This document shows positions 1 through 8,945 of a DNA stretch of 64,000 nt, piece after piece. Origin of the DNA: Dehalococcoidia bacterium (lineage in GTDB: Bacteria > Chloroflexota > Dehalococcoidia > Lucifugimonadales > UBA3495). The DNA is taken from contig OY761558.1 of NCBI GenBank assembly GCA_963664725.1, positions 364,414-428,413 on the forward strand, written 5' to 3'. The translations under genes were made by a program, and so were the position numbers. The first letter of the stretch is position 1. Each line of letters starts with the position of its first letter. A model generated the notes under the pieces. That model worked only from the letters and a program-made list of their open reading frames with translations. It did not search any database and was not told where the DNA came from.

Positions 1-209
1 CAGGACTTATCGTTACCAGAGACCATCCCGGCCAAGGCAGGGCCGATCACTTGGGCAACACGGCGCACCTTTCGGAAACGCCTATGCGAGTGGGCCGGAC
101 TACGCCGGTGCTTGGGTCAGACGTCGACGAAGTCCTGGCGGACGCGGGCTTATCATCTGAAACAATAGCTTCTCTCAAGGACCGGGGCGTTGTTGTCATG
201 CCTCGGTAA
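1..209 (+). CDS. CoA-transferase family III (CaiB/BaiF-like), C-terminal fragment; gene begins upstream of window
   Basis: Frame 3 reads ...GRTTPVLGSDVDEVLADAGLSSETIASLKDRGVVVMPR*, with the stop at 207-209. This parallels the C-terminal tail of the full-length paralogue at 51545-52741 (...PPLLGQHNDEILADLGYDSGAINKLREKGVI). Confidence 0.5.
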   Translation, partial: GLIVTRDHPGQGRADHLGNTAHLSETPMRVGRTTPVLGSDVDEVLADAGLSSETIASLKDRGVVVMPR

Positions 210-436
210 CGGCCGCCAGCAGGGCCTTACTTCTGCCGTCTTTAAAGCTGCGTTGACGGTCTTAAAAGTTGGATGCAAACCTGTAGCAATAATGCTAAAC
301 TTGGGACGATATTAACCCTGCAGGGGGCTATGGCGACGATATTGCGCCATCGTCCGCTTCCCAAACAGGGTTCAGGCTCCGCTAAGATGGTGATTCCCTT
401 CGAACACCCGGGGCTTGTGAAGGAGGTTCTGGAGCT

Positions 437-2635
437 TTGCTGCGCCTTTACAATACCCTGACGAAACAGGTAGACGAAATCCACCCCATAGAACCTGGCA
501 AGATCAAGATGTACACCTGTGGTCCCACGGTGTACCGCTATGCTCACATAGGCAACCTGCGCACCTACATGATGGCCGACTGGATTCGTCGAGCCCTCAT
601 GGTGCAAGGCTTGGACGTCTACCACGTCAAGAACATAACCGACGTGGGTCACATGCGCCAGGAACTAGTGGAAGCTGGCGGGGACAAGATGATAATGGCC
701 GCCCTGGCTGAAGGGAAGACCATCCAGGAGATCGCCCAGTTCTATGCGGACAGCTTCTTCCAGGATGAGGAGCGAGTTAACATCCTGCCAGCCCACGTAT
801 TTCCCTGGGCCACCCACCACATACCCGAAATGGTAACCATGGTGGAACAGTTGGTGGTCAACGGGTACGCCTACGAATCCGGCGGAAACGTTTACTTTGA
901 TGTCCCCCAGTTCCCAAAGTACGGCGCGCTTTCCCGAAACTTCGGCGGAAACCTGCTGGAAGGCGTTCGGGCTGAAGCTGATCCCCTCAAGCGGGACGCC
1001 AGGGATTTCACTTTGTGGAAGGCTGCGGAACCTGGCCGGGATGTGAAGTGGGACAGTCCCTGGGGAGAAGGCTTTCCGGGTTGGCACATAGAGTGCTCCG
1101 CTATGGCCCACAAATACCTGGGAGAGCAGTTTGACATTCACACCGGGGGCGTGGACAACGTATTCCCGCACCATGAGGATGAAATTGCCCAGAGTGAAGG
1201 CGCATTCGGCGACACTCATGTGAATTACTGGGTCCATGGCCAGCATCTATTGGCCGACGGGGCAAAGATGGCCAAGTCTTCGGGCAATGTGTTTCTCCTT
1301 GACGACCTGGCTTCCCGGGGCATAGACCCTCTGTCTTTCCGCTATTTGTGCATGACAGTGCGCTACCGTCACCGAATGAACTTCACCTTCAACTCATTGA
1401 AGGCCAGTGAACGAGCCCTTTCCAAGCTGCGAAATCGCATGTGGGAGTGGAAGAGCTTGCCGGAGATGCGGGAGATTCCCGCCGAGGCGGAGGAGTGGCG
1501 GCAGAAATTCTGGGATGCGGTTAACGACGACCTGGACCTGCCTACAGCGCTGGCCCTGACCTGGGATATGGTTAGGTCAAGTTTGCCAGGACAGGCCAAG
1601 CTGGCGCTGCTGCTGGACTTTGACCGCATCTTCGCACTGGACCTGGACCTGGTACCAGACGCTTACCAGCTGCCGGAGTCCATAGTGACCGCAGCGACCC
1701 AGCGCAATGCCTTGCGTGACCAGGTGGATTATGACACTGCAGATACACTAAGGGAAGAACTGGTATCGGGCGGTTATGTGGTGGAGGATACGCCCCGCGC
1801 CACCCGGATCCGTCCCAAGACTGCTTTGGAACAGCAGGAGGAGAGGTGGGACTGGGTTTCCTCGTCCCGTGAAGTCGATTCTTCCCTGGACCTGCCGGAC
1901 CTGTACGATTTCACCTTCATTCTTAACGCATATAACTATTCCGAAGACGTGCAGCGGTGCGTAACTGCCATGCGAAAACACGCCGCGGGCTATTCGGCAG
2001 AGATCATCACCATCGACAACGGATCAACCGACGACACGGCAGAATGGTTGGAGAGCTACAAGGAACAGGATGCCGACTTCCGCGTCGTGCACTGCGACCA
2101 CGTCATTGGCGATGCTGCTGGAAAGAACATTGGAGTCAAGCTGAGCCTGGGAAGGTACATCGTCATGCTGGACGCCTCGACGGAGATAACGGGGGATGTG
2201 CTGGGAACTATAGCCCAGCAGTTATCGGACGAAACGGTCGGCATTTTCGGCCCCTACGGCTTGACCACGGACGATATGCAGCACTTCCACGAAGAAGTAG
2301 AACAGGGCGAAGCCGACGCCATGCAGGCCTACTGTATGTCCTTCCGCAGGGAAGCGGTGCGAACTGTGGGACTGATGCACGAGGGTTTCCGCTTTTACCG
2401 GAACTTGGACATTGACTACTGCTTCCAATTTAAGGAAAGGGGCTACCGCGTGGTGGCAGACAGCAGCCTGCCCATGGTGCGCCACGAACACCGCCAGTGG
2501 ACGGAGCTGGACGATGGCCAGCGGGATGAACTGAGCCGGAAGAACTTTGGCCGCTTCCTGCGACGTTGGGGCAACCGCCCCGACCTGTTGATCGCCTCGG
2601 GCGCCCGCGGTTTTGAAACTGGCTTTCGCCACTAG
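437..2635 (+). CDS. cysS: Cysteine--tRNA ligase fused in frame to a C-terminal GT2 (GT-A fold) glycosyltransferase domain
   Basis: TTG start at 437, with AGGAGG at 421-426. CysRS motifs are HIGN, KMAKSSGN and the Zn ligands YTCGPT / WHIECSAM / HHEDEIAQSE. The C-terminal ~250 aa carry FTFILNAYNY, ITIDNGSTDDT and VMLDAS (GT2 DxD-like). Confidence 0.85.
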   Translation: MLRLYNTLTKQVDEIHPIEPGKIKMYTCGPTVYRYAHIGNLRTYMMADWIRRALMVQGLDVYHVKNITDVGHMRQELVEAGGDKMIMAALAEGKTIQEIAQFYADSFFQDEERVNILPAHVFPWATHHIPEMVTMVEQLVVNGYAYESGGNVYFDVPQFPKYGALSRNFGGNLLEGVRAEADPLKRDARDFTLWKAAEPGRDVKWDSPWGEGFPGWHIECSAMAHKYLGEQFDIHTGGVDNVFPHHEDEIAQSEGAFGDTHVNYWVHGQHLLADGAKMAKSSGNVFLLDDLASRGIDPLSFRYLCMTVRYRHRMNFTFNSLKASERALSKLRNRMWEWKSLPEMREIPAEAEEWRQKFWDAVNDDLDLPTALALTWDMVRSSLPGQAKLALLLDFDRIFALDLDLVPDAYQLPESIVTAATQRNALRDQVDYDTADTLREELVSGGYVVEDTPRATRIRPKTALEQQEERWDWVSSSREVDSSLDLPDLYDFTFILNAYNYSEDVQRCVTAMRKHAAGYSAEIITIDNGSTDDTAEWLESYKEQDADFRVVHCDHVIGDAAGKNIGVKLSLGRYIVMLDASTEITGDVLGTIAQQLSDETVGIFGPYGLTTDDMQHFHEEVEQGEADAMQAYCMSFRREAVRTVGLMHEGFRFYRNLDIDYCFQFKERGYRVVADSSLPMVRHEHRQWTELDDGQRDELSRKNFGRFLRRWGNRPDLLIASGARGFETGFRH

Positions 2636-2660
2636 CCTTAGCAACTGCACACGCACTTTC

Positions 2661-2740
2661 GCTCCGCCAATCCTGGCAGGTGACTCGACGGGATCTGCTT
2701 CCCGGTGGGTATCCCTACAGAAAATTGGCGGAGCTTTTTA
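2661..2740 (+). terminator. Long hairpin plus T-run downstream of cysS (possible intrinsic terminator or structured RNA)
   Basis: GCTCCGCCAAT (2661-2671) pairs with ATTGGCGGAGC (2724-2734) and is followed by TTTTT (2735-2739). The 52-nt interior is unusually long for a simple terminator. Confidence 0.35.
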
Positions 2741-2742
2741 GT

Positions 2743-2815
2743 TAATCCCGGTGACTTGTAGCGGTTACACCAGGGTCACATTTATAGCGGTGGGGCCGGC
2801 GTGCGACCGGGATTA
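2743..2815. repeat. Inverted repeat TAATCCCGGT / ACCGGGATTA enclosing a nested GTGAC/GTCAC stem
   Basis: The 10-bp arms lie at 2743-2752 and 2806-2815. They share the AATCCC(R)GT word with the hairpin at 2886-2924. Confidence 0.5.
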
Positions 2816-2885
2816 TATTGATTTTTGAAAAAGTATAAAATTAGTGAAAATAAATGGGGCTTTTCAGATTTTGTGTAAAAGTCGT

Positions 2886-2934
2886 AATCCCAGTAACGAA
2901 TCTAAACGGTAGGTTACTGGGATTTGGCGGATTA
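2886..2934. repeat. Perfect 12-bp inverted repeat AATCCCAGTAAC / GTTACTGGGATT with an alternative partner GGATTAC
   Basis: The arms lie at 2886-2897 and 2913-2924 with a 15-nt loop. A second complementary segment sits at 2928-2934. The element lies just downstream of an AT-rich stretch (2811-2880). Confidence 0.55.
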
Positions 2935-3037
2935 CAAAACAGACTGGGTGGGTAACCCCGCGAGTGTTACCTTGACGCTAAAATTTTGCCGGTGTTATGG
3001 TAATTGAAGCAAAGGTCACAGCCGGAGTCTCTGCCGG

Positions 3038-4036
3038 ATGAATGATGAAGTAGCCAGGGTGACGGGCGGAGACCAGCGGGCAATATCCCGCACGATGACC
3101 TCGCTGGAACGGCGCGACCCGGCGGTGATCTCTGCTATCAAACAACTTGACCACCACACCGGTAATGCCTATTGCGTGGGCATAACCGGCCCGCCCGGAG
3201 TAGGCAAAAGCACACTGGTTGACCGCCTTACCGGGCACCTCAGAAAACTGGGACTGACCGTCGGAATCATAGCAGTTGACCCCGATAGTCCGTTCAGCGG
3301 CGGTTCAATACTCGGCGACCGCATACGTATGCAGCGCCACTACCTGGATCCAGGCGTCTTCATCCGAAGCGTTTCAACTCGGGGCCAGGGAGGCGGGTTG
3401 CCCAGGATCGTCAAGAGCCTGGTAAGGGTACTGGATGCCGCCGGCAAAGACGTCGTACTGGTGGAAACCGTAGGCGTAGGACAGACGGAACTGGGAATCA
3501 TGGGCGTAGCCGACACGGTAGTCGTAGCCATGATGCCCGAATCGGGTGATTCGATACAGGCGTTAAAGGCGGGGGTCCTGGAAATAGCCGATATTTTCCT
3601 GGTGAACAAGGCCGACCGAGAAGGCGCCGACCGCATGGCAGCCAGCATACGTGCCATGTTGCATACTGCGGCGGAGCCCTCGCAGTGGGAACCTCCTGTG
3701 GTTCTCACCCAGGCTGACCGGGGAGAGGGCATCGAAGACCTCTGGACCAAAATTGAAGAACATCGTTTGAATTTAACAGCCCCCGCCAGCGCGGGGGGAT
3801 ACCGGTCTCTCCTGGAGCAGCGTCGCATGGAAAGGCGACGCGAGGAATTCATGGAAGCGCTCCAGGAGGAACTGTTTCAGCGGCTTAGTGCCCATATAAA
3901 GCGCGAACAATCCCTGCAATCATATTTAGAAGATATTGGAATTGGGAAGCTGGAACCCTATTCGGCGGCGGCGGAACTGCTGAACCGTCCGGATTTTATG
4001 GAAACCACCTTCCCGGAAAACGAGCGAAACCAATAA
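3038..4036 (+). CDS. meaB: Methylmalonyl-CoA mutase-associated G3E GTPase (MeaB/ArgK family)
   Basis: P-loop GITGPPGVGKSTLV, DPDSPFSGGSILGDRIRM and NKAD (LVNKADREGA). Confidence 0.85.
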   Translation: MNDEVARVTGGDQRAISRTMTSLERRDPAVISAIKQLDHHTGNAYCVGITGPPGVGKSTLVDRLTGHLRKLGLTVGIIAVDPDSPFSGGSILGDRIRMQRHYLDPGVFIRSVSTRGQGGGLPRIVKSLVRVLDAAGKDVVLVETVGVGQTELGIMGVADTVVVAMMPESGDSIQALKAGVLEIADIFLVNKADREGADRMAASIRAMLHTAAEPSQWEPPVVLTQADRGEGIEDLWTKIEEHRLNLTAPASAGGYRSLLEQRRMERRREEFMEALQEELFQRLSAHIKREQSLQSYLEDIGIGKLEPYSAAAELLNRPDFMETTFPENERNQ

Positions 4037-4108
4037 CGAAATTCCTTTGGGCTTCCCTAAGGGGTTGCCCCCTCGTTATATCCAACTCTTCATGGAAGGG
4101 ATGTGCGT

Positions 4109-4753
4109 ATGCTTTATATGGGCGTAGACCTCAAAACCACCACGCGACAGCGCAGTTCGCTGGCTGTCATCGACTCCGACTCCAAGATTGTCTTTATGGG
4201 GTCCTTCTCCGAGGACAGAGAGCTTATTGAATCGATCGGAGAATATCGTCCCCAGTTTATTGCCATTGGAAGCCCCCTCACTCTACCCACTGGCCTCTGC
4301 TGCCTTGAAGCCACCTGCCAATGTCAGATGGATTACCCTGAGAATAAAGGGCGGCAGGCTGAGTTGGATCTGGCCCGCATGGGTATCAGTTGCTTCTTTA
4401 CCAACAAGAAGTCAATAGTCACCCAACTTGTCTACCGCGCCGTAAAGTTGAACCGGCAGCTTTCGAAAATGGGGCAGCAGATTATCGAGGTGTACCCCCA
4501 CGCCAGCAAGCTGCTTCTATTCGGAGACAAGCTTCCTCCCAAGCGAAACGCCAAGGAATGCCTGGGGTTTCTCAAAGACAGGCTCCCCAACCTGGTTGAC
4601 GGGCTAGATGACTACATGATTGGTCTGGATTCCGGTTCTTGCGATTCCCTCATAAATGCTCACATAGCCCTGCTTCACGCTTCCGGTGAAACGGATGTGG
4701 TGGGCAGCGACGCCGAAGGCCTGATAGCCCTGCCCAGGCTGCTGAGAATGTGA
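4109..4753 (+). CDS. Predicted RNase H-fold nuclease-like protein (DUF429/COG2410-like)
   Basis: N-terminus MLYMGVDLKT...SSLAVID and ...FIAIGSPLTLP resemble the DUF429 pattern. I chose ATG 4109 (GGAAGGG at 4094-4100, 8-nt spacing) over GTG 4103. Confidence 0.45.
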   Translation: MLYMGVDLKTTTRQRSSLAVIDSDSKIVFMGSFSEDRELIESIGEYRPQFIAIGSPLTLPTGLCCLEATCQCQMDYPENKGRQAELDLARMGISCFFTNKKSIVTQLVYRAVKLNRQLSKMGQQIIEVYPHASKLLLFGDKLPPKRNAKECLGFLKDRLPNLVDGLDDYMIGLDSGSCDSLINAHIALLHASGETDVVGSDAEGLIALPRLLRM

Positions 4754-4773
4754 CCTGCCTGGATTGCCGGTGT

Positions 4774-4846
4774 TTGTCCTGTCGACCCCCGTAGACAGGA
4801 CAAGAAGAACCCCCTGGCCCGCCGAAAGGCGCAAGCCAGGGGGTTC
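4774..4846. terminator. Two GC-rich hairpins between convergent genes
   Basis: TTGTCCTGTC (4774-4783) pairs with GACAGGACAA (4794-4803). GAACCCCCTGGC (4807-4818) pairs with GCCAGGGGGTTC (4835-4846). Confidence 0.5.
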
Positions 4847-4872
4847 TATCTTGGCTTCACAGTACAGTGAAA

Positions 4873-5760
4873 CTAGGTCTGCGAGTTTTCAGTGGTGCCG
4901 CCGTTATTGGTTTGCTGGTTGTTCCCCATTCCAAGGAAGGGAGAAAGCATCGAGGTGAACTCCATAGGAAAGATGAACTTGGTCGAAGGGCTGGCACCAA
5001 GGGATTTGAGAGTGTCAAAGTATTGTAGGCTCATTGTCTTGGCGTCAACGTTATTGGCGACGTTGTAAATCTGTTCCAATGCGCTGCTGAAGCCCTGGGC
5101 TCGAAGGACCGTGGCCTGTTGGTCGCCCTCCGCCTCCAGTATGGCAGCCTGCCGGTTGCCCTCCGCCTGCAAGATTGCTGACTGTTTCTCACCCTCGGCC
5201 CGGTTTATCTGGGCCTGCCGCTGGCCTTCGGATTCGGTGATGTCAGCGGTCTTAATGGCGGCCGCCGACTTTTCCCGTTCCATCGCCTGCTTCACACCCG
5301 GTGGCGGGTCGATTTCGTTGATGGCCACGTTGCGTACCTTCACGCCCCACCTGCCGGTATTTTCGTCCAGTGCCATCTGGAGCCTGCCTTGTATCCTTTC
5401 TCGTTCAGCCAGGGCATCAGCCAGGGTTATGTTGCCGATTATGGACCTTAATTCCGCCACTGCCAGATTGACCACCGCCGTCTCAAAGTCTTGAACGTCA
5501 AGAACGGACTTGCGTGGATTGTCCTCGTCGGGAAGCACCTGGTAATAGATTACGAAGTCCATATCTACGACCACGTTGTCGGTGGTGATGTACTTCTGGG
5601 TGGGAACCCGCTGAGTGCGCTCCCAGATGCCCACTTTGGTGCCATTGAATATTATAGGCACCAAGAACCGGAATCCAGGCCCCACCACCTTGTCGAAACG
5701 CCCGAACCGCTGGATGACCATCCGCTCTTGCTGCTGCACTATTACTATACCCGTTGCCAT
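4873..5760 (-). CDS. SPFH/band-7 (stomatin-like) protein
   Basis: N-terminus IVQQQERMVIQRFGRFDKVVGPGFRFLVP and a C-terminal Ala/Glu/Gln-rich coiled-coil repeat. It is paired with NfeD upstream. Confidence 0.85.
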   Translation of the reverse strand: MATGIVIVQQQERMVIQRFGRFDKVVGPGFRFLVPIIFNGTKVGIWERTQRVPTQKYITTDNVVVDMDFVIYYQVLPDEDNPRKSVLDVQDFETAVVNLAVAELRSIIGNITLADALAERERIQGRLQMALDENTGRWGVKVRNVAINEIDPPPGVKQAMEREKSAAAIKTADITESEGQRQAQINRAEGEKQSAILQAEGNRQAAILEAEGDQQATVLRAQGFSSALEQIYNVANNVDAKTMSLQYFDTLKSLGASPSTKFIFPMEFTSMLSPFLGMGNNQQTNNGGTTENSQT

Positions 5761-5818
5761 TGGTACCTCCTCGGGAATTATCTTCCCGTATTCCGGCTAC
5801 CGGATTCCTTAGACCAGT

Positions 5819-7213
5819 TTAATTCGTCTCGTCCAAGGGTATAACGGTCAGAACCAGGTCGTCTACTCCCACCACTATAACCCTTTCTCCCTCAGCTATC
5901 ACCTGGTCATTGTCGGAAACCGCCGTCCAGTTCCCATCCTCCATCCTTACCACTCCCCGTGGGGCCAGTTCGGTAATCACCGTACCCAGGCGCCCCATCA
6001 GCTGTATCGTATCCTCCCCTCGGTCTTCCTTCTGAGACTTTCGTATCGCCCATACCAGGTAGAGCAGGCCGCCTGCGAGGACGGACGCGGTCGCCACTAT
6101 GAGCCAGGGATTCACTGAAATAGGTGCAAGGGTAGGGGAAGGCGTACCAAACTGGGCAAACAGCAGAAAGCCGCCCAGAATCAGGCAGATGCCTGCCGCA
6201 ACACCCAGTACTCCAAAACCCGAAACCTGGGTTTCCAGAAAGCCCAGGGCCAAAGCCAGGATAATCAGCGCCACTCCAGCCCAGTTGACGGGCAGGCTGC
6301 CCAAAGCAAGGAAAGCCAGGATGAGCAGGACAATTCCTACTACTCCAGGTACTATCATTCCCGGGTTGAACAGTTCTATCACCACGGCCAGCCCGCCAAT
6401 GGTGAGGAGCAGGAATGCCACGTCAGGGTTGGCCAGGAACTCCAGAAAATGCTCCAGCAGATTCTTCTCCAGGTCCCTGGCAGTAATTTCCTCCGTTTGC
6501 AGCGTCGAGGATCCGCTGCGGGTGGTTACTTCGCGACCATTCAGCTGCCTGATCAAGTCGTCCGTGTCTGTGGCTATAAAGTCGACCATGCCCAGTTCAA
6601 CTGCCTCGGTGGCGGTAAAGGAGGCTCCCAACCGGACGGTTTCTTCCAGCTTCTCGCCGTTACGGTTGCGTTCCTCGGCGATACTGCGAATTAGAGCAGC
6701 GGCATCGTTGGTCACCTTGTTTGCCAGGGTTTCCCCTATATCTTCACCCGTCGCAGATACGGGTGTGGCGGCACCAATATTGGTCCCTGGGGCCATAACC
6801 GCCACATTGGCAGCTGCGGTCAGAAAGGTGCCAGCGGACCCGGCCTGGGCTCCGCCGGGAGCAACGTACACCACGATGGGGATGTCGGACTCCAGCTGCA
6901 TTTCTACCATTTTCCTCGTGGAATCCAGCAGCCCGCCAGGAGTGTCCAGTCTCACAATCAACAGGGTTGCGCCGGAATCCCGAGCTTGCTGCAGGGCGCG
7001 TTCCAGGTACCTTTCCTTGACGGGATTAATTGCGCCCTCAATTTCCACTACCAGCGCTGTGGCGGAGGGAGCCTGGGCCAGCGCCTGCCCGGCCAGGCCC
7101 AGCAGCATCAGGGCACACGCAACGGAGAGAATAAGGAGTCTGATCAGGCCTGGCCGTATCCCGGTGCCCAAACGTGATCTTTGTGCGTTTGTGTTGGTTC
7201 CTGACGTGCTCAT
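5819..7213 (-). CDS. NfeD-family membrane-bound ClpP-class serine protease
   Basis: Signal/TM segment, ClpP-like domain (LDTPGGLLDSTRKMV), multi-TM block and a C-terminal NfeD OB-fold (GRLGTVITELAPRGVVRMEDGNWTAVS). Confidence 0.8.
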   Translation of the reverse strand: MSTSGTNTNAQRSRLGTGIRPGLIRLLILSVACALMLLGLAGQALAQAPSATALVVEIEGAINPVKERYLERALQQARDSGATLLIVRLDTPGGLLDSTRKMVEMQLESDIPIVVYVAPGGAQAGSAGTFLTAAANVAVMAPGTNIGAATPVSATGEDIGETLANKVTNDAAALIRSIAEERNRNGEKLEETVRLGASFTATEAVELGMVDFIATDTDDLIRQLNGREVTTRSGSSTLQTEEITARDLEKNLLEHFLEFLANPDVAFLLLTIGGLAVVIELFNPGMIVPGVVGIVLLILAFLALGSLPVNWAGVALIILALALGFLETQVSGFGVLGVAAGICLILGGFLLFAQFGTPSPTLAPISVNPWLIVATASVLAGGLLYLVWAIRKSQKEDRGEDTIQLMGRLGTVITELAPRGVVRMEDGNWTAVSDNDQVIAEGERVIVVGVDDLVLTVIPLDETN

Positions 7214-7429
7214 ATCAGTTCAATCATCCTTGGCACTGCCCGCTGTGTCAATCGCCTGGACAGACACAGAATAGCGCCGGGTCACCTAACACTGGGCGAA
7301 AGTTCCAACAGCCCCTGAGATTCGGGTTTGACTACCCCGGTAGGCGCCCATACAATAGCGTCAAATTTGAAACGCTGGAATCCATCTTCTGCGAAGGTAT
7401 GAAGGGGAAGCCAGGATCTGGAGGAGAAA

Positions 7430-8200
7430 ATGGACTACGAATTCATCCTGGTGGAGAAAGAAGATGGCGTGGCCATTATCACTTTGAACCGGCCGGAAAA
7501 ACTAAACGCCATGAACCGGCAGTTGAACCGGGAACTGCAGGACGCCGTCAGGGCCATGAACGAGGACGACGAAGTGGGCTGCATTGCGATAACCGGCGCG
7601 GGAGAAAGAGCGTTTTCCGCCGGCGGTGACATCCACGAACAGCGGGAGCGGGACAGGGAAACTGACCAGGAGGGCCGTGAACAGCAGGACCGGAACCGGG
7701 CCCGTGGCACATACGAAATCAGCGCTTCATTGAAGCCCGTAATCGGCATGATGAACGGGCTTGCCTACGGCGGGGCAGCGGTTCTTTCTTCTTCCCTTGA
7801 TATGAGGGTGGGCTGCGAGCGCACCAGCTTCCGTTTCCTGGCCGCCGCCTATGGCCGGATCAACTCCACCTGGACGCTTCCGAACCAGGTGGGCTGGCCC
7901 ATCGCCAAGGAACTGCTGTTCACCGGGCGAGTGGTGGACGCGGAGGAAGCCTATCGCATTGGGCTCCTGAATCACCTGGTGCCTGCTGACCAGCTTCGTG
8001 AAAAGACCATGGAGATTGGCAGGACCATTGCCCAGAATCGCCGGGAGTCAATAATGGGCATCAAGGAACTGCTACTGATGCACAAAGGTTGCGACCTGGA
8101 GCAGCAATGGGTTAACGAGCGGGATTTCACCACCAACCGGGTGCGCGGTTACAACGCGGAACAGGCCTTCCCCGAGTTCATCGCCAGGAAGGGACTCTAG
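7430..8200 (+). CDS. Enoyl-CoA hydratase/isomerase (crotonase) family protein
   Basis: ITLNRPEKLNAMN and ITGAGERAFSAGGDI. GGAGGAG lies upstream of the ATG. Confidence 0.8.
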   Translation: MDYEFILVEKEDGVAIITLNRPEKLNAMNRQLNRELQDAVRAMNEDDEVGCIAITGAGERAFSAGGDIHEQRERDRETDQEGREQQDRNRARGTYEISASLKPVIGMMNGLAYGGAAVLSSSLDMRVGCERTSFRFLAAAYGRINSTWTLPNQVGWPIAKELLFTGRVVDAEEAYRIGLLNHLVPADQLREKTMEIGRTIAQNRRESIMGIKELLLMHKGCDLEQQWVNERDFTTNRVRGYNAEQAFPEFIARKGL

Positions 8201-8239
8201 CCCGCACCATATCGCAATCTTTCCAGCAATAGACAAGAA

Positions 8240-8275
8240 GTACGGGCCGCTGAATCAGCGGCCCGTACACTTTTA
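8240..8275. terminator. Bidirectional intrinsic terminator
   Basis: 13-bp stem GTACGGGCCGCTG / CAGCGGCCCGTAC (8240-8268) followed by ACTTTTAC. It lies between convergent genes. Confidence 0.65.
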
Positions 8276-8300
8276 CATTATTATGTGAACTTGACCTCTT

Positions 8301-8945
8301 TCAGCTATCCAGTGTGCCCTTGGTGCTGGGCACCTGTCCGGTAGCCCTGGGGTCAATCTCCACCGCATCCCTGAGTGCCCGGGCCAGCGCCTTGCACAGC
8401 GCCTCAGCCTTGTGGTGAGGGCTGATGCCGGTCAGAACCTTGGCGTGCAGGTTTATGCGCCCCTCCAAAGCAAAGGACTCGAAAAAGTGGCGCACAAGGT
8501 CTCCTGAGAGAGTCTCCACCATTGTATCGTCCAACGTGGTCTCCACCACCGCGTAGCTTCTTCCGCTGAGATCCAGAGCGACCATCACCAGAGTTTCGTC
8601 CAGGGGGACTATGGCGTGACCCATGCGGCGGATCCCTCGCACCTCGCCGAGGGCCTGGTTGAAGGCCCTCCCTAACAATATCCCCACGTCTTCCACCAAG
8701 TGGTGCCAACCCACGTGGACATCGCCCTTCGCCTGTAGGGTGATGTCGAACAGGCCATGGCGGGCGATCTGGCTGACCATGTGATCCAGGAAGCCATTGC
8801 CCGTATCCACCTCGTAACGGCCCTCACCGTCCAGGTTAACCGTCAGTGCAATCTGAGTCTCCGCAGTCTCCCGGTTCAGGGTTGCGATTCGGGCGCCCGA
8901 TTGGACCAGCCCCGCGTTTACGGGTTCGATCTTCTCCACCATCAC
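8301..8945 (-). CDS. hisB: Imidazoleglycerol-phosphate dehydratase (monofunctional)
   Basis: RETAETQI..., DTGNGFLDHM, and HHLVEDVGI motifs. No N-terminal HAD phosphatase domain is present. Confidence 0.9.
   Translation of the reverse strand: MMVEKIEPVNAGLVQSGARIATLNRETAETQIALTVNLDGEGRYEVDTGNGFLDHMVSQIARHGLFDITLQAKGDVHVGWHHLVEDVGILLGRAFNQALGEVRGIRRMGHAIVPLDETLVMVALDLSGRSYAVVETTLDDTMVETLSGDLVRHFFESFALEGRINLHAKVLTGISPHHKAEALCKALARALRDAVEIDPRATGQVPSTKGTLDS

Noticed and set aside
3038-4753. MeaB GTPase without an adjacent methylmalonyl-CoA mutase, next to a DUF429-like gene, as a functional pair.
   Set aside because: The two genes are separated by their own start signals and have no obvious mechanistic link. 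The mutase genes may simply lie elsewhere. This cannot be evaluated from the window.
4873-7213. NfeD protease plus SPFH/stomatin pair as a novel system.
   Set aside because: This is a well-known, widespread two-gene operon, and nothing about it here is atypical.
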